From NCBI GenBank assembly GCA_910577795.1, contig CAJTNW010000001.1, positions 20,752-84,751 on the forward strand: 64,000 nucleotides of DNA, in the 5' to 3' direction. Below the pieces are notes generated by a model that saw only the letters and a program-made list of their open reading frames with translations, did no database searches and was not told the origin of the DNA. Shown piece after piece: positions 1 through 8,973 of this stretch. Positions within the stretch are counted from its first letter, which is position 1. Each line of letters opens with the position of its first letter. The DNA is from an uncultured Christensenella sp. GTDB taxonomy: Bacteria; Bacillota; Clostridia; Christensenellales; UBA3700. A program made the translations under genes and the position numbers.

Positions 1-669
1 TGTTTCTAATATTTCTGTTTTTAAAAGATAGTTATAGCCTTTACTTTTTCCTAAAATTTTAATTGTTATTTCATTTTCATTAAACTCTGTTTTAATAGTA
101 ATATCACTATCCAAAGGGTTACGCAAAACCAAGTCTATATACTCACTAACAGTAGCATCTCTTGACAAATCTACATAAGATGCAGGCAATGTATGTGCTT
201 TTACTTGTATTACATCTAACCCAGCAAGTAACCAAGCATTATACAATGTGGAAGAAACTTGACAAACTCCTCCGCCTACACCTTCCTCATATCGACCTTT
301 AAAAATAACAAGTGCTTTTTTATATCCTCTTTCTTCTGTCCTTTTTCCTACAACTTTATTAAACGAAAACTCTTGCCCACTTTTTACAACTACATTATTT
401 AAACTTTTTAGAGCAAGTTTGATATTAAATTTTCTCTCTTCTGGACTTTTGCTGTAATCTGTAATAAAACTACTAATTACATTTTTTTCTTGATTATTAA
501 TTTGCATAATATCATTATATGCGGTAATGTCTTGTTTGTGCAGATTATCTGCACCTAATTTATTATAGGAAAAATTTACCATAATAATAGAAAAAACCGA
601 TATTATAGAGCACAAAAGCATAATAATACCGGTAAATTTAATATTAAATTTTATTGCAACATTTTTCAT
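1..669 (-). CDS. VanW family protein, N-terminal 223 codons (3' end runs off the left edge)
   Basis: Not in the ORF track because it is edge-truncated. The reverse strand reads ATG at 669..667, giving MKNVAIKFNIKFTGIIMLLCSII (signal/TM), and later ...GGGVCQVSSTLYNAWLLAGL, the VanW-domain hallmark. Confidence 0.7.
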   Translation of the reverse strand, partial: MKNVAIKFNIKFTGIIMLLCSIISVFSIIMVNFSYNKLGADNLHKQDITAYNDIMQINNQEKNVISSFITDYSKSPEERKFNIKLALKSLNNVVVKSGQEFSFNKVVGKRTEERGYKKALVIFKGRYEEGVGGGVCQVSSTLYNAWLLAGLDVIQVKAHTLPASYVDLSRDATVSEYIDLVLRNPLDSDITIKTEFNENEITIKILGKSKGYNYLLKTEILET

Positions 670-724
670 ATTGCTAGTATGTGTATAATAATATAAATTA
701 TTAATTTATTAATGTTTTAAATAA

Positions 725-1651
725 TTATTTTATATTATTTTTATCATTAACAATATCATAAGGCGTAACTTGATATACATAGTAATTCAACCAATTATAA
801 TATAATAAGTTTGCAGTACTTCGCCAATTTACATTTATATTATCCAAGTCACCATTTACAAAATAATTAATTGGCTGGTCAATTTGTTCACCTTTTGCTA
901 AATCTCTTAAATACTCTGCCTTTAGAGTATCTCTATCATACTCACTATGCCCCATAAAGAAAAACTTTCTATCATCTATACTTTTTACTATACTAATTCC
1001 ACCTTCTTCAGACTCTGCAAGCACTTGTAATTGTTTATTTTTACGAATAGCATCTTCGTCAATAGTAGAATGTCTACTCATAGGAATATAAAAAGTATCG
1101 TCCATACCCTTTAATAGTTTATCAAATTTTTCCACGGCTTTGTTTGGATATATTCCAAACATTTTTTTGCTAAGCAATGGTTTTTCTATACCATAATAAT
1201 AGTTAAGTCCTGCTTGTGCTCCCCAACAAATAAAAATAGTAGATGTAACATTTTTGTCAGCATAATCCATTATTTTAGTTAGTTCTTCCCAATACATAAC
1301 TTGTTTAAAAGGCAAAGTTTCAACTGGAGCACCTGTAATAATCATTCCATCAAACTTTTTGTTTTTAATTTCCTCAAAAGTTTGATAAAATTTGTCAAGA
1401 TGTTCCGCACTTGTGTTTTTGCTTTCGTAACTATCCATTTTAATCAAGGTTACATTTACCTGCAAAGAGGAGTTGCCCAAAAGACGCATAAGTTGTGTTT
1501 CTGTTTCAATTTTAGTGGGCATCAAGTTTACAATTGCAATTTCTATTGGTCTTATATCTTGAGTTTCCGCCCTAACCTTTGGCATAACAAAGACATTTTC
1601 ATTGTTTAAAATGTCAAATGCTGGTAATCCTTTTGGTATTATAATAGGCAT
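725..1651 (-). CDS. metA: homoserine O-acyltransferase (MetA family)
   Basis: MPIIIPKGLPAFDILNNENVFVM... is a typical MetA N-terminus. I chose the ATG at 1651, preceded by GGAGGAAG, over the track start at 1684. The gene is adjacent to metY. Confidence 0.9.
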   Translation of the reverse strand: MPIIIPKGLPAFDILNNENVFVMPKVRAETQDIRPIEIAIVNLMPTKIETETQLMRLLGNSSLQVNVTLIKMDSYESKNTSAEHLDKFYQTFEEIKNKKFDGMIITGAPVETLPFKQVMYWEELTKIMDYADKNVTSTIFICWGAQAGLNYYYGIEKPLLSKKMFGIYPNKAVEKFDKLLKGMDDTFYIPMSRHSTIDEDAIRKNKQLQVLAESEEGGISIVKSIDDRKFFFMGHSEYDRDTLKAEYLRDLAKGEQIDQPINYFVNGDLDNINVNWRSTANLLYYNWLNYYVYQVTPYDIVNDKNNIK

Positions 1652-1697
1652 ATCTTTCTTCCTCCTATGCAAAATATCTATCAAAAATCGGTATTAT

Positions 1698-2969
1698 TTA
1701 TCTTATTACCTCTAATGCTTGTTCTAAATCATTTATCAAATCGTAAGGGTTTTCAATTCCTACAGATAATCTTACTAAGTTTTCACTTATCCCGCAAGCA
1801 ACTAATTCCTCATTAGACAATTGTCTGTGTGTAGTAGTTGCCGGGTGCAAAACACAAGTTCTAGTATCTGCAATATGTGTGACAATTTTTATCAACTTTA
1901 ATGCTTTCATAAAATCACAAACTTGCTCTCTATCACCTTTAATTCCAAACACAACCATACCAGAATTCATACCACCAGTAAAATATTTCTGTGCATTATC
2001 ATAGTTTGAATCGCCTTCAAGTCCACTATATTTTACCCATTCAATTTTAGGATTTTTGCTTAAAGCCTTTGCACATAATAAAGCATTTTCGCTATGCTTT
2101 TGCATACGCAAATGTAATGTTTCAGCACCTAAATTTGTAAGGTATGCGTTAAATGGACTCATACAACTGCCCAAATCTCTCATCATTTGCACTCTTGCCT
2201 TAGTACTAAATGATGCAGGGGCTACACTTGTATAAACTAAACCATGATAACTTTCATCTGGCTCATTAAACTCTTTGTATCTTGGGTTACCTTTAAAATC
2301 AAAGTTGCCACCATCTACTATAATTCCACCAACACAACTAGCATGTCCATCTAAATATTTTGTTGTAGAATGAACAACAATATTTGCACCATGCTCAATT
2401 GGTCTACAAATAATTGGTGTAGCCAAAGTGTTGTCTACCATTAATAAAATACCAAAATCTTTTGCTATTTTGGATAAAAGTTCAAAATTTGCAATATTCA
2501 TATTAGGGTTTGCAAGTGTTTCGCAATAAATAATTTTTGTTTTATCGTCTATTACTTTTGCAATTTCGTCATAACTTGCGTTTGGCGAAACAAACCTTGT
2601 ATCTATACCATACTTTCTTAATGTAACATTAAACAAGTTAAATGTACCACCATAAATAGTTGCAAGGCTAATAATATTATCACCAGCATTGCAAACATTT
2701 AATATTGCAAGTGTTTCTGCAGCAAGCCCGCTAGAGCATGCAACAGCACCTACACCACCCTCCAAAGCATTAACTTTTGCCTCAAAAGCCGCAACTGTTG
2801 GGTTGCTTATTCTTGTATATATATGTCCATCTTCACTTAAATCAAATAATTTTGCAAGTTGTTCTGGAGTGTCATAAACATAAGTAGTTGATTGATACAA
2901 TGGCAATACTCTTGGTTCGCCATTTTTTGGCGCATAGCCTGCTTGCACACATTTTGTTTGAATATCCAT
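1698..2969 (-). CDS. metY: O-acetylhomoserine sulfhydrylase (PLP-dependent, Cys/Met metabolism family)
   Basis: 423 aa with the STTKYLDGH PLP-lysine region and family-typical N- and C-termini. It is in an operon with metA. Confidence 0.9.
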   Translation of the reverse strand: MDIQTKCVQAGYAPKNGEPRVLPLYQSTTYVYDTPEQLAKLFDLSEDGHIYTRISNPTVAAFEAKVNALEGGVGAVACSSGLAAETLAILNVCNAGDNIISLATIYGGTFNLFNVTLRKYGIDTRFVSPNASYDEIAKVIDDKTKIIYCETLANPNMNIANFELLSKIAKDFGILLMVDNTLATPIICRPIEHGANIVVHSTTKYLDGHASCVGGIIVDGGNFDFKGNPRYKEFNEPDESYHGLVYTSVAPASFSTKARVQMMRDLGSCMSPFNAYLTNLGAETLHLRMQKHSENALLCAKALSKNPKIEWVKYSGLEGDSNYDNAQKYFTGGMNSGMVVFGIKGDREQVCDFMKALKLIKIVTHIADTRTCVLHPATTTHRQLSNEELVACGISENLVRLSVGIENPYDLINDLEQALEVIR

Positions 2970-3032
2970 AATCTGCTCCTTTATTAATGTTGGTTTATTA
3001 GTTATAAATTATTTGCCTATAATTCTTTTACT

Positions 3033-3061
3033 ATTATATATTAAAAAACAATATTTTTCAA
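3033..3061 (-). promoter_or_regulatory. predicted sigma-A promoter of metY-metA (TTGAAA-17-TATAAT)
   Basis: The reverse strand reads TTGAAA (3061..3056), a 17-nt spacer, then TATAAT (3038..3033), about 65 nt upstream of the metY ATG. Confidence 0.4.
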
Positions 3062-3098
3062 TATTTTTTGCTTAAAAAGTAATATTTATTGCAAAAAA

Positions 3099-3557
3099 TC
3101 ATCTGTTATAATTCTTCAAATCTCTTTCAATTTGCCTTGTTTGTTGTTTTTCTTGTAAAGACTGCCTTTTATCATGCAATTCCTTACCTTTAGCAACTCC
3201 AATTTCCACTTTTACCAAACCGTGCTTAAAATATATTTTTGTAGGCACTAAAGTATATCCTTTTTGCTCTACTTTGCCTCTAAGTTTGTTTATTTCCGCC
3301 TTTTTTAATAGCAATTTTCTTGCACGTCTGCTATCTTCATTAAAGTAACTACCCTTTTCGTATGGTGATATATGCAGATTAATCAATTCCACAACATCAC
3401 CCCTAATTAAACAATAGGTGTCTTTCATATTAATAGCACCAAGTCTTATTGATTTTACTTCGCTACCAACAAGTACTATACCTGCCTCTATACTATCTTC
3501 AATAAAATAATCGTGATATGCTTTTTTATTTGTAGAAACAATTTTTATTTCACTCAT
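3099..3557 (-). CDS. smpB: SsrA-binding protein SmpB
   Basis: 152 aa with the motifs KAYHDYFIE..GIVLVGSEVKS..LHISPY..RRARKLLL. It overlaps the end of rnr, as is typical. Confidence 0.95.
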   Translation of the reverse strand: MSEIKIVSTNKKAYHDYFIEDSIEAGIVLVGSEVKSIRLGAINMKDTYCLIRGDVVELINLHISPYEKGSYFNEDSRRARKLLLKKAEINKLRGKVEQKGYTLVPTKIYFKHGLVKVEIGVAKGKELHDKRQSLQEKQQTRQIERDLKNYNR

Positions 3558-5634
3558 TTTCCACCTCTAAATCCTCGCCATCATCTAAAATTTTAAATGT
3601 AACTTTTCTATTATCAATATCAGAGCCTAAAACCTGTATTTTTACAACTTGACCTAAACAATATTGATGTTTGCTACCTTTTAGCAAATATCTTTTTTCC
3701 ACAAAATCATAGTTATCTTTTGGCAAATTATCTAACCTTGCAAGTCCCTCTGCAGTGTTTTCTAATTCTACAAACACACCAAAGGCTGTTACACCACTTA
3801 CCACACCATCAAATACTTCGCCAACATGTTTTAGCATATACTCTGCTTTATAATAATCGTCAATATCTCGCTCCGCCATTTCTGCTGCTCTTTCCCTTTC
3901 GCTAGAAACTTCAGCAACTTCTTCGCACCAATTTTCAAGTTGTGTTAAATTGCCTAACTTGCCATCAAGCATTGCTTTAATAACTCTATGAATTTGCAAA
4001 TCAGGGTATCTACGGATAGGTGAAGTAAAATGGCAATAATATTCTGCAGCCAAGCCAAAATGTCCTAAATTATCTATAGTATATTTTGCTTTTTTCATAC
4101 TTCGTAGCATTACTTTAGATATTATGCTTTCCATTGTAGAGCCTTCTACCTCTGAAAGTAATTTTTGCAATTTTGCAGGGTGCATTTTGCCTTTTTCCAT
4201 TCTAAAACCACAAGACTCTACAAACTTTTTAAACTCTAGCATTTTTTCGCCGTCTGGTTCTTCATGAGTTCTGTATACAAATGGCAATTCCAAATGATAA
4301 ATAAACTCTGCAACAGTTTCGTTAGCGGCAAGCATAAATTCCTCAATTATGCTATTGCTTACAAGATAAGGATATGGTTTTATTTCACTAACATTACCTT
4401 TTTCATCAAGAATAATTTTACATTCCTTTGTTTCAAAATTTATACAGCCTCTTTTTTGTCTTTTTTTATTCAATATCCTAGATAACGCATAAGCATCACA
4501 TATCATTGCATAAACTTCAGAATATTTTTTTATCAAATCTTTATCGCCGTCCAAAATCTTTTGCACATTATTATAAGTCATTGCATAATTGTTGTTTATT
4601 ATGCTTTTTACTATGCTTCTGTCAATTATGTTGCCATCCATATCAATAGTCATCTCGCAAGTTAGGGCAAGCCTGTCCTCCCCACCATTAAGAGAACATA
4701 AACCATTACTCAAAATAGGAGGCAACATTGGATAAACACTACCAGGAAAATATACACTTGTACATCTTTTAAAAGCCTCTTTGTCAAGAATACTGCCTTT
4801 TTCTACATAATGAGATACATCTGCAATATGAACATATAGTTTATAACAATTATCATACTTAAAAACAGATATTGCATCGTCCAAATCTTTGCTATCATCT
4901 CCGTCAATAGATATAGTAAGCATATCCACAAAAGAAGTTCTATTTGTTGTATATTTAGTTTGCATTTTTGCGGCTTCCAATTCTGTTTCCTTAGGAAAAA
5001 CATTAAAAAAACCATACGACTTTAATATAGACAAAACTTCACTTTCCTTTTCGCCCGCTTTGCCTATAATTTCTACAATTTTACCTTCTGGGCTACGTTC
5101 TGTATATCTTGTAATCTCACAAATTACTTTGGTATTGCTCTTTGCCTTTAAGTCTTTGCCATTAGGAATAAAAATATCTGAATAATAACTATTATCGTCT
5201 GCAATTACAAATCCAAAATTTTTACCTTTTTCGTAAGTACCTACAATTCTTTTAATACCTCTTTCCACAATGTCTACAACTTTTGCCTCATCACCTTTTG
5301 TAATTACGCAATAAACAGTATCCCCATGCTCAGCACCATAAAGATTTTTGTGAGGAACAAACAAATCTTCCCCGCCATCTTCTCTTGCCAAAAACGCAAA
5401 ACCGCGTTTGTTGCCACGTAAAACACCTTTTATTTTTTTTATTTCTCGCACTTTAAAATATTTATTATTTTTTGTTTTTAATTTTCCGGCTTTAGTCATA
5501 CTATCCAAAACCTTTTGTATTTCTATTATCTCAAATTTAGAATAAAAACCCAACTTGTTCGCTATTTCGCGACAAGACATTCCGTCAATTCTTAATTTTT
5601 CTACCTTTTCAATTATTTTAAATTCAAAACCCAT
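3550..5634 (-). CDS. rnr: ribonuclease R
   Basis: 694 aa. It has an RNB-domain motif (HFGL..YCHFTSPIRRYPDL) and a C-terminal S1 domain. The secG-rnr-smpB order is conserved in Firmicutes. Confidence 0.95.
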   Translation of the reverse strand: MGFEFKIIEKVEKLRIDGMSCREIANKLGFYSKFEIIEIQKVLDSMTKAGKLKTKNNKYFKVREIKKIKGVLRGNKRGFAFLAREDGGEDLFVPHKNLYGAEHGDTVYCVITKGDEAKVVDIVERGIKRIVGTYEKGKNFGFVIADDNSYYSDIFIPNGKDLKAKSNTKVICEITRYTERSPEGKIVEIIGKAGEKESEVLSILKSYGFFNVFPKETELEAAKMQTKYTTNRTSFVDMLTISIDGDDSKDLDDAISVFKYDNCYKLYVHIADVSHYVEKGSILDKEAFKRCTSVYFPGSVYPMLPPILSNGLCSLNGGEDRLALTCEMTIDMDGNIIDRSIVKSIINNNYAMTYNNVQKILDGDKDLIKKYSEVYAMICDAYALSRILNKKRQKRGCINFETKECKIILDEKGNVSEIKPYPYLVSNSIIEEFMLAANETVAEFIYHLELPFVYRTHEEPDGEKMLEFKKFVESCGFRMEKGKMHPAKLQKLLSEVEGSTMESIISKVMLRSMKKAKYTIDNLGHFGLAAEYYCHFTSPIRRYPDLQIHRVIKAMLDGKLGNLTQLENWCEEVAEVSSERERAAEMAERDIDDYYKAEYMLKHVGEVFDGVVSGVTAFGVFVELENTAEGLARLDNLPKDNYDFVEKRYLLKGSKHQYCLGQVVKIQVLGSDIDNRKVTFKILDDGEDLEVENE

Positions 5635-5711
5635 ATATCCTCTATTTTATCTAACTTTTCTTATACTTTTATTTTATCATATTAGCCTGCAATAAACAAT
5701 ATCTTTATAAT

Positions 5712-5745
5712 AAAAAAACGGCTGACACCACAACGGTACAGCCGC
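5712..5745 (-). terminator. rho-independent terminator after secG
   Basis: Stem CGGCTG (5719-5724) pairs with CAGCCG (5739-5744) and is followed on the minus strand by T7 (plus-strand A7 at 5712-5718). Confidence 0.6.
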
Positions 5746-5764
5746 TATATAAGTTTTTACAATA

Positions 5765-6070
5765 TCAAACAAGAAGTAAAACAAAGTAAATGATTGCCAA
5801 AACTACAATAATACCACCTATAATTGAAGTTGCCAATTTTAACTTTCTTTCTCTATTTTGACCTTTGTTTCTGCCCATATAAGTATCTGTCTCACCGCCA
5901 ATAACGCCAATATTATCATTAGTGCCTTTTTGCATAAGAATAATAACAACTTCAGCAATAGCAAGCAATACCATAATTATTACTAAAATATCTCTAAAGA
6001 TATTAATACCAGTATAGTCGCTTTTGTTGCTAGCGCTTATTATCATCATTAAAGAGTTTAACATATTCAT
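5765..6070 (-). CDS. secG: preprotein translocase subunit SecG
   Basis: 101 aa with two TM helices flanking a Gly-rich loop (LMQKGTNDNIGVIGGE). It sits immediately upstream of rnr-smpB. Confidence 0.75.
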   Translation of the reverse strand: MNMLNSLMMIISASNKSDYTGINIFRDILVIIMVLLAIAEVVIILMQKGTNDNIGVIGGETDTYMGRNKGQNRERKLKLATSIIGGIIVVLAIIYFVLLLV

Positions 6071-6102
6071 TAGAATAAACCTCCATTTTACTTAACTACA
6101 CT

Positions 6103-6131
6103 ATAATAGCACAAAATAAACATATTGACAA
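6103..6131 (-). promoter_or_regulatory. predicted sigma-A promoter of secG (TTGTCA-17-TATTAT)
   Basis: The reverse strand reads TTGTCA (6131..6126), 17 nt, then TATTAT (6108..6103). Confidence 0.4.
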
Positions 6132-6207
6132 GCATTTTTTTAATATTTATTTCAAATCGTCTATTTTAGTCAAAATTAAGCATTTTTTCCTATGTAATTA
6201 CAATATT

Positions 6208-6714
6208 TTAGTAATTTCTTTCTATAATTTTGCGTTTACATTCTTCTAAGGCTAAAATGTGCAACTCTTCGTCCATTATAATTCTTTCTATCAACTCACG
6301 TATTGAGTAGTTTTGAACGCAACGCATTGTCTTTTTATAGTTTTCTATGGCAATGTTTTCTGCTTTTATATCAATATTTATCATATTTATTATATCCTTG
6401 CAATAATTTACCATACTACCATTCCAAAACTTGTGCGTTCCGCCCATAACAGGTGTACCGCCTAGTTTTACAATTGCTTCTCCTAACAACTCATGATGGT
6501 GCATTTCTGTTATTGCTATTCCATGAAGAGTATCATGTAATTCCTTATATTCTTCCATTTCGCTAAGTATATATGTTTGATAAATATATGTCAATATGGC
6601 TGTAAGTTCACTTTCTGCTCCACCATAGTCTTCCATTAAACATCTGCAGTCACTCATACTTACTGAATCTATATCAATTTCCGGATACTCCAAGTCCACT
6701 TTTATTGGTTTCAT
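6208..6714 (-). CDS. ferritin-like / manganese-catalase-family protein (CotJC-like)
   Basis: DYGGAESELTAILTYIYQ and IAITEMHHHELLGEAI resemble the CotJC/Mn-catalase di-iron helices. The start was moved to MKPIKV (ATG at 6714), which follows AAGGGGGAAGG. Confidence 0.55.
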   Translation of the reverse strand: MKPIKVDLEYPEIDIDSVSMSDCRCLMEDYGGAESELTAILTYIYQTYILSEMEEYKELHDTLHGIAITEMHHHELLGEAIVKLGGTPVMGGTHKFWNGSMVNYCKDIINMINIDIKAENIAIENYKKTMRCVQNYSIRELIERIIMDEELHILALEECKRKIIERNY

Positions 6715-6868
6715 ACCTTCCCCCTTAAAATTAAATTTATACAATATATGCACTTATGGCAGTGAGTGTGTAGGGACAAGATTATTACTAATTTAAAAAT
6801 GTCAATAATAAATAATAAAATCCACTAACAAAAAGTGAATTTATACTATTGTTTTATATTGTCGTTGC

Positions 6869-6897
6869 TTGACATAATTGGTGTTTTGGTTTATACT
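6869..6897 (+). promoter_or_regulatory. predicted sigma-A promoter of the ClC gene (TTGACA-17-TATACT)
   Basis: TTGACA at 6869-6874, an exact 17-nt spacer, and TATACT at 6892-6897, about 30 nt before the ATG at 6926. Confidence 0.5.
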
Positions 6898-6925
6898 AAA
6901 AAAGTAAAAAATTTGGTAAATAATT

Positions 6926-8671
6926 ATGCAGGAAAAAGATTTAAAAGAAGCAAATTTGGTTGATTCAGATAAAAAAACCTCTGAAAATCGTACCTTAGAA
7001 GAAAAAAAACAAGATAATACTGTTTTTTACGATGAGGAATATGATAAAAATGATAATATCTCCAATGTAATGATTGAAGATATTGCTACTCATTCTACTA
7101 CAACAAAAACAACCAAAAATAAATATTCTATGCGTCCTACGTTAGGATATTTTAGAAATGTAATTATTCCTGTAATTTGTTATAGTGGTACTTGCGGAAT
7201 ATTAGTAGGTATTTTGGTAGGATTATATACAAAATTTGCAAACTTACTAATTGGCTGGTCAAAAGATATTTATTCTTTAGTTCGCAGTCACCCTGCTTGG
7301 ATACCATTATTTTTTGTTGGGTTAATAATAATTGCACTGCTTTGCTCTTTGCTGTTAAAAGTTACTCCTGAGTGTAAAGGCTCTGGTGTACCACGTACAG
7401 AAGGAGTACTTCGCGGGATATTAACTTTCCGCTGGCTAAGAGTTTTGCTTACAACAATTGCATCATCTTTGCTTACTTATTTTGGCGGATTATCATTAGG
7501 CTCAGAAGGACCATCTATACAAATAGGTGCAACAACAGCACAAGGTGCTTGCAGATTACTAAAATGTCGTATGGCTTGGACAAGATATATTATGTCCGCA
7601 GGCAGTGGTACAGGTCTTGCAGTTGCCTTTAATGCACCTTTGACTGGTATAATTTTTGTTATAGAAGAAGTGCAAAAAAAAGTTACACCTATGCTATTAT
7701 TAACAGCGGGTTGCTCAGTAACAACAGGTGTTCTTACTTCAAATGCAATTGCTCTACTTTGGGGTGGCAACGGATATTTGTTTGATTTTGGGTCTTTCCC
7801 TGACAAATTTGCACTAGGCAATATTTGGATGCTTGTAGTATTAGGTATAATTATTGGTCTTGCTAGTGTTGGCTTTAACTATTTAATACTAAATTCGGGC
7901 AAAATTATCCCTAAAAAAATACCGCAATGGTTTAAATTAGTGTTTGCCTTTTTATTGTGTGGCAGTGTTGGTCTTGCATGGGTAGATACTGTTGGTGGCG
8001 GACATTCTTTGATAATGGGCATTGGTAATGGAGAGTTCGTTTGGTGGTTATTAATCATTATGCTTGTAGTCAAACTGATACTTATACCAATATCGGTACA
8101 CAGCGGAGCAACAGGTGGTTTATTTATCCCTATGCTTACAATAGGTGCTTTAATTGGTGGCTTATTTGGCAACTTGTTTACTCTTGCAGGCTTAGATAAA
8201 TCATTATTCCAACTTTTAATTGTAATTTCAATGTCAGCCTTTTTTGGAGCATGTGTTAGGACACCTATAACCGCAATGGTGTTAGTAATGGAAGTTACAG
8301 GGTCTTTCCACTCTTTCCTATTTACAGGCATTACAATATTTATTGCAACTTTGGTTGCAGAATTCTTTAAAGTTCCTGCTTTATATGATGCACTATTAGA
8401 CAGAAATGTTGAACAAGAAAGAGAAGGCAAAAAACAAAAACAAATAAGTTTTAAAGTAAAAGTTGAACAAAATTCTTTTGCAGATGGCAAATTGATAAAA
8501 GATTTATTATGGCCACCAGAATGTGCAGTTAAAACAATTACTAAAGATGAAGAAAGTATATTAGCAAGTGCAGAAACAAAACTTGAAGGTGGGGATTTAT
8601 TACTTATAAAAGCAAAAACATATAATCCTGACGAAACAATGGAATATGTAGAAAGACTATTGAATGAATAA
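6926..8671 (+). CDS. ClC-family chloride channel/antiporter with C-terminal RCK_C (TrkA-C) domain
   Basis: Selectivity-filter motifs GSGVP, GSEGPSIQIG and GGLFIPMLTIGA are present, with about 10 TM helices. The C-terminal region (GKLIKDLLWP...GGDLLLIKA) is TrkA-C-like. The hydrophilic N-terminal extension is about 70 aa. Confidence 0.9.
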   Translation: MQEKDLKEANLVDSDKKTSENRTLEEKKQDNTVFYDEEYDKNDNISNVMIEDIATHSTTTKTTKNKYSMRPTLGYFRNVIIPVICYSGTCGILVGILVGLYTKFANLLIGWSKDIYSLVRSHPAWIPLFFVGLIIIALLCSLLLKVTPECKGSGVPRTEGVLRGILTFRWLRVLLTTIASSLLTYFGGLSLGSEGPSIQIGATTAQGACRLLKCRMAWTRYIMSAGSGTGLAVAFNAPLTGIIFVIEEVQKKVTPMLLLTAGCSVTTGVLTSNAIALLWGGNGYLFDFGSFPDKFALGNIWMLVVLGIIIGLASVGFNYLILNSGKIIPKKIPQWFKLVFAFLLCGSVGLAWVDTVGGGHSLIMGIGNGEFVWWLLIIMLVVKLILIPISVHSGATGGLFIPMLTIGALIGGLFGNLFTLAGLDKSLFQLLIVISMSAFFGACVRTPITAMVLVMEVTGSFHSFLFTGITIFIATLVAEFFKVPALYDALLDRNVEQEREGKKQKQISFKVKVEQNSFADGKLIKDLLWPPECAVKTITKDEESILASAETKLEGGDLLLIKAKTYNPDETMEYVERLLNE

Positions 8672-8742
8672 AATCAATGTTATTATAATTTTTAAATATT
8701 GTTACAAATAAATGATATAACATTACAATAAACATAAAACTA

Positions 8743-8775
8743 CCCTCTGTTAAACAGCAGAGGGATATTTTTTAT
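8743..8775 (+). terminator. rho-independent terminator after the ClC gene
   Basis: CCCTCTG (8743-8749) pairs with CAGAGGG (8758-8764) and is followed by ATATTTTTTATTTTT. Confidence 0.6.
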
Positions 8776-8902
8776 TTTTAAATAATTAATTATATCAAAA
8801 TAATTATGCTAAAATATTTACTTTAATGATAAATTTTGAAGTAAGGCAATATATACTCGTCAAGATATTTCAGTATTGAACCTTGTTATTTTTAGAATAT
8901 CT

Positions 8903-8949
8903 AAAAAATAATAGTCGCAAAAGATAAATTTTGCGACTATTTTATTTTT
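8903..8949. terminator. bidirectional terminator hairpin downstream of the LRR lipoprotein gene
   Basis: ATAGTCGCAAAA (8911-8922) pairs with TTTTGCGACTAT (8929-8940) around the loop GATAAA. An A-tract lies to the left and a T-tract to the right. Confidence 0.6.
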
Positions 8950-8973
8950 AAAGTGTATGTTTTTGTTTGTCAA

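Noticed and set aside
2970-3098. I looked for tmRNA (ssrA) downstream of smpB, and for a SAM riboswitch or Met T-box upstream of metY.
   Set aside because: The gap is only 129 nt and almost pure A/T. That is too short for tmRNA (~350 nt), and it lacks the GC-rich helices of an S-box or a T-box specifier/antiterminator. Only a sigma-A-like promoter is visible.
7879-8490. Long antisense ORFs in the track, for example 7879-8490, 7477-7821, 18362-18778, 28879-29292, 33142-34005, 42186-42617, 48460-48996 and 49159-49476.
   Set aside because: Each lies entirely inside, and antisense to, a gene with strong family motifs (ClC, SpoIIE, Pgk, flippase, FtsH, PlsY, the 1304-aa gene). They have low-complexity or skewed composition and no RBS. 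They are shadow ORFs typical of AT-rich genomes.
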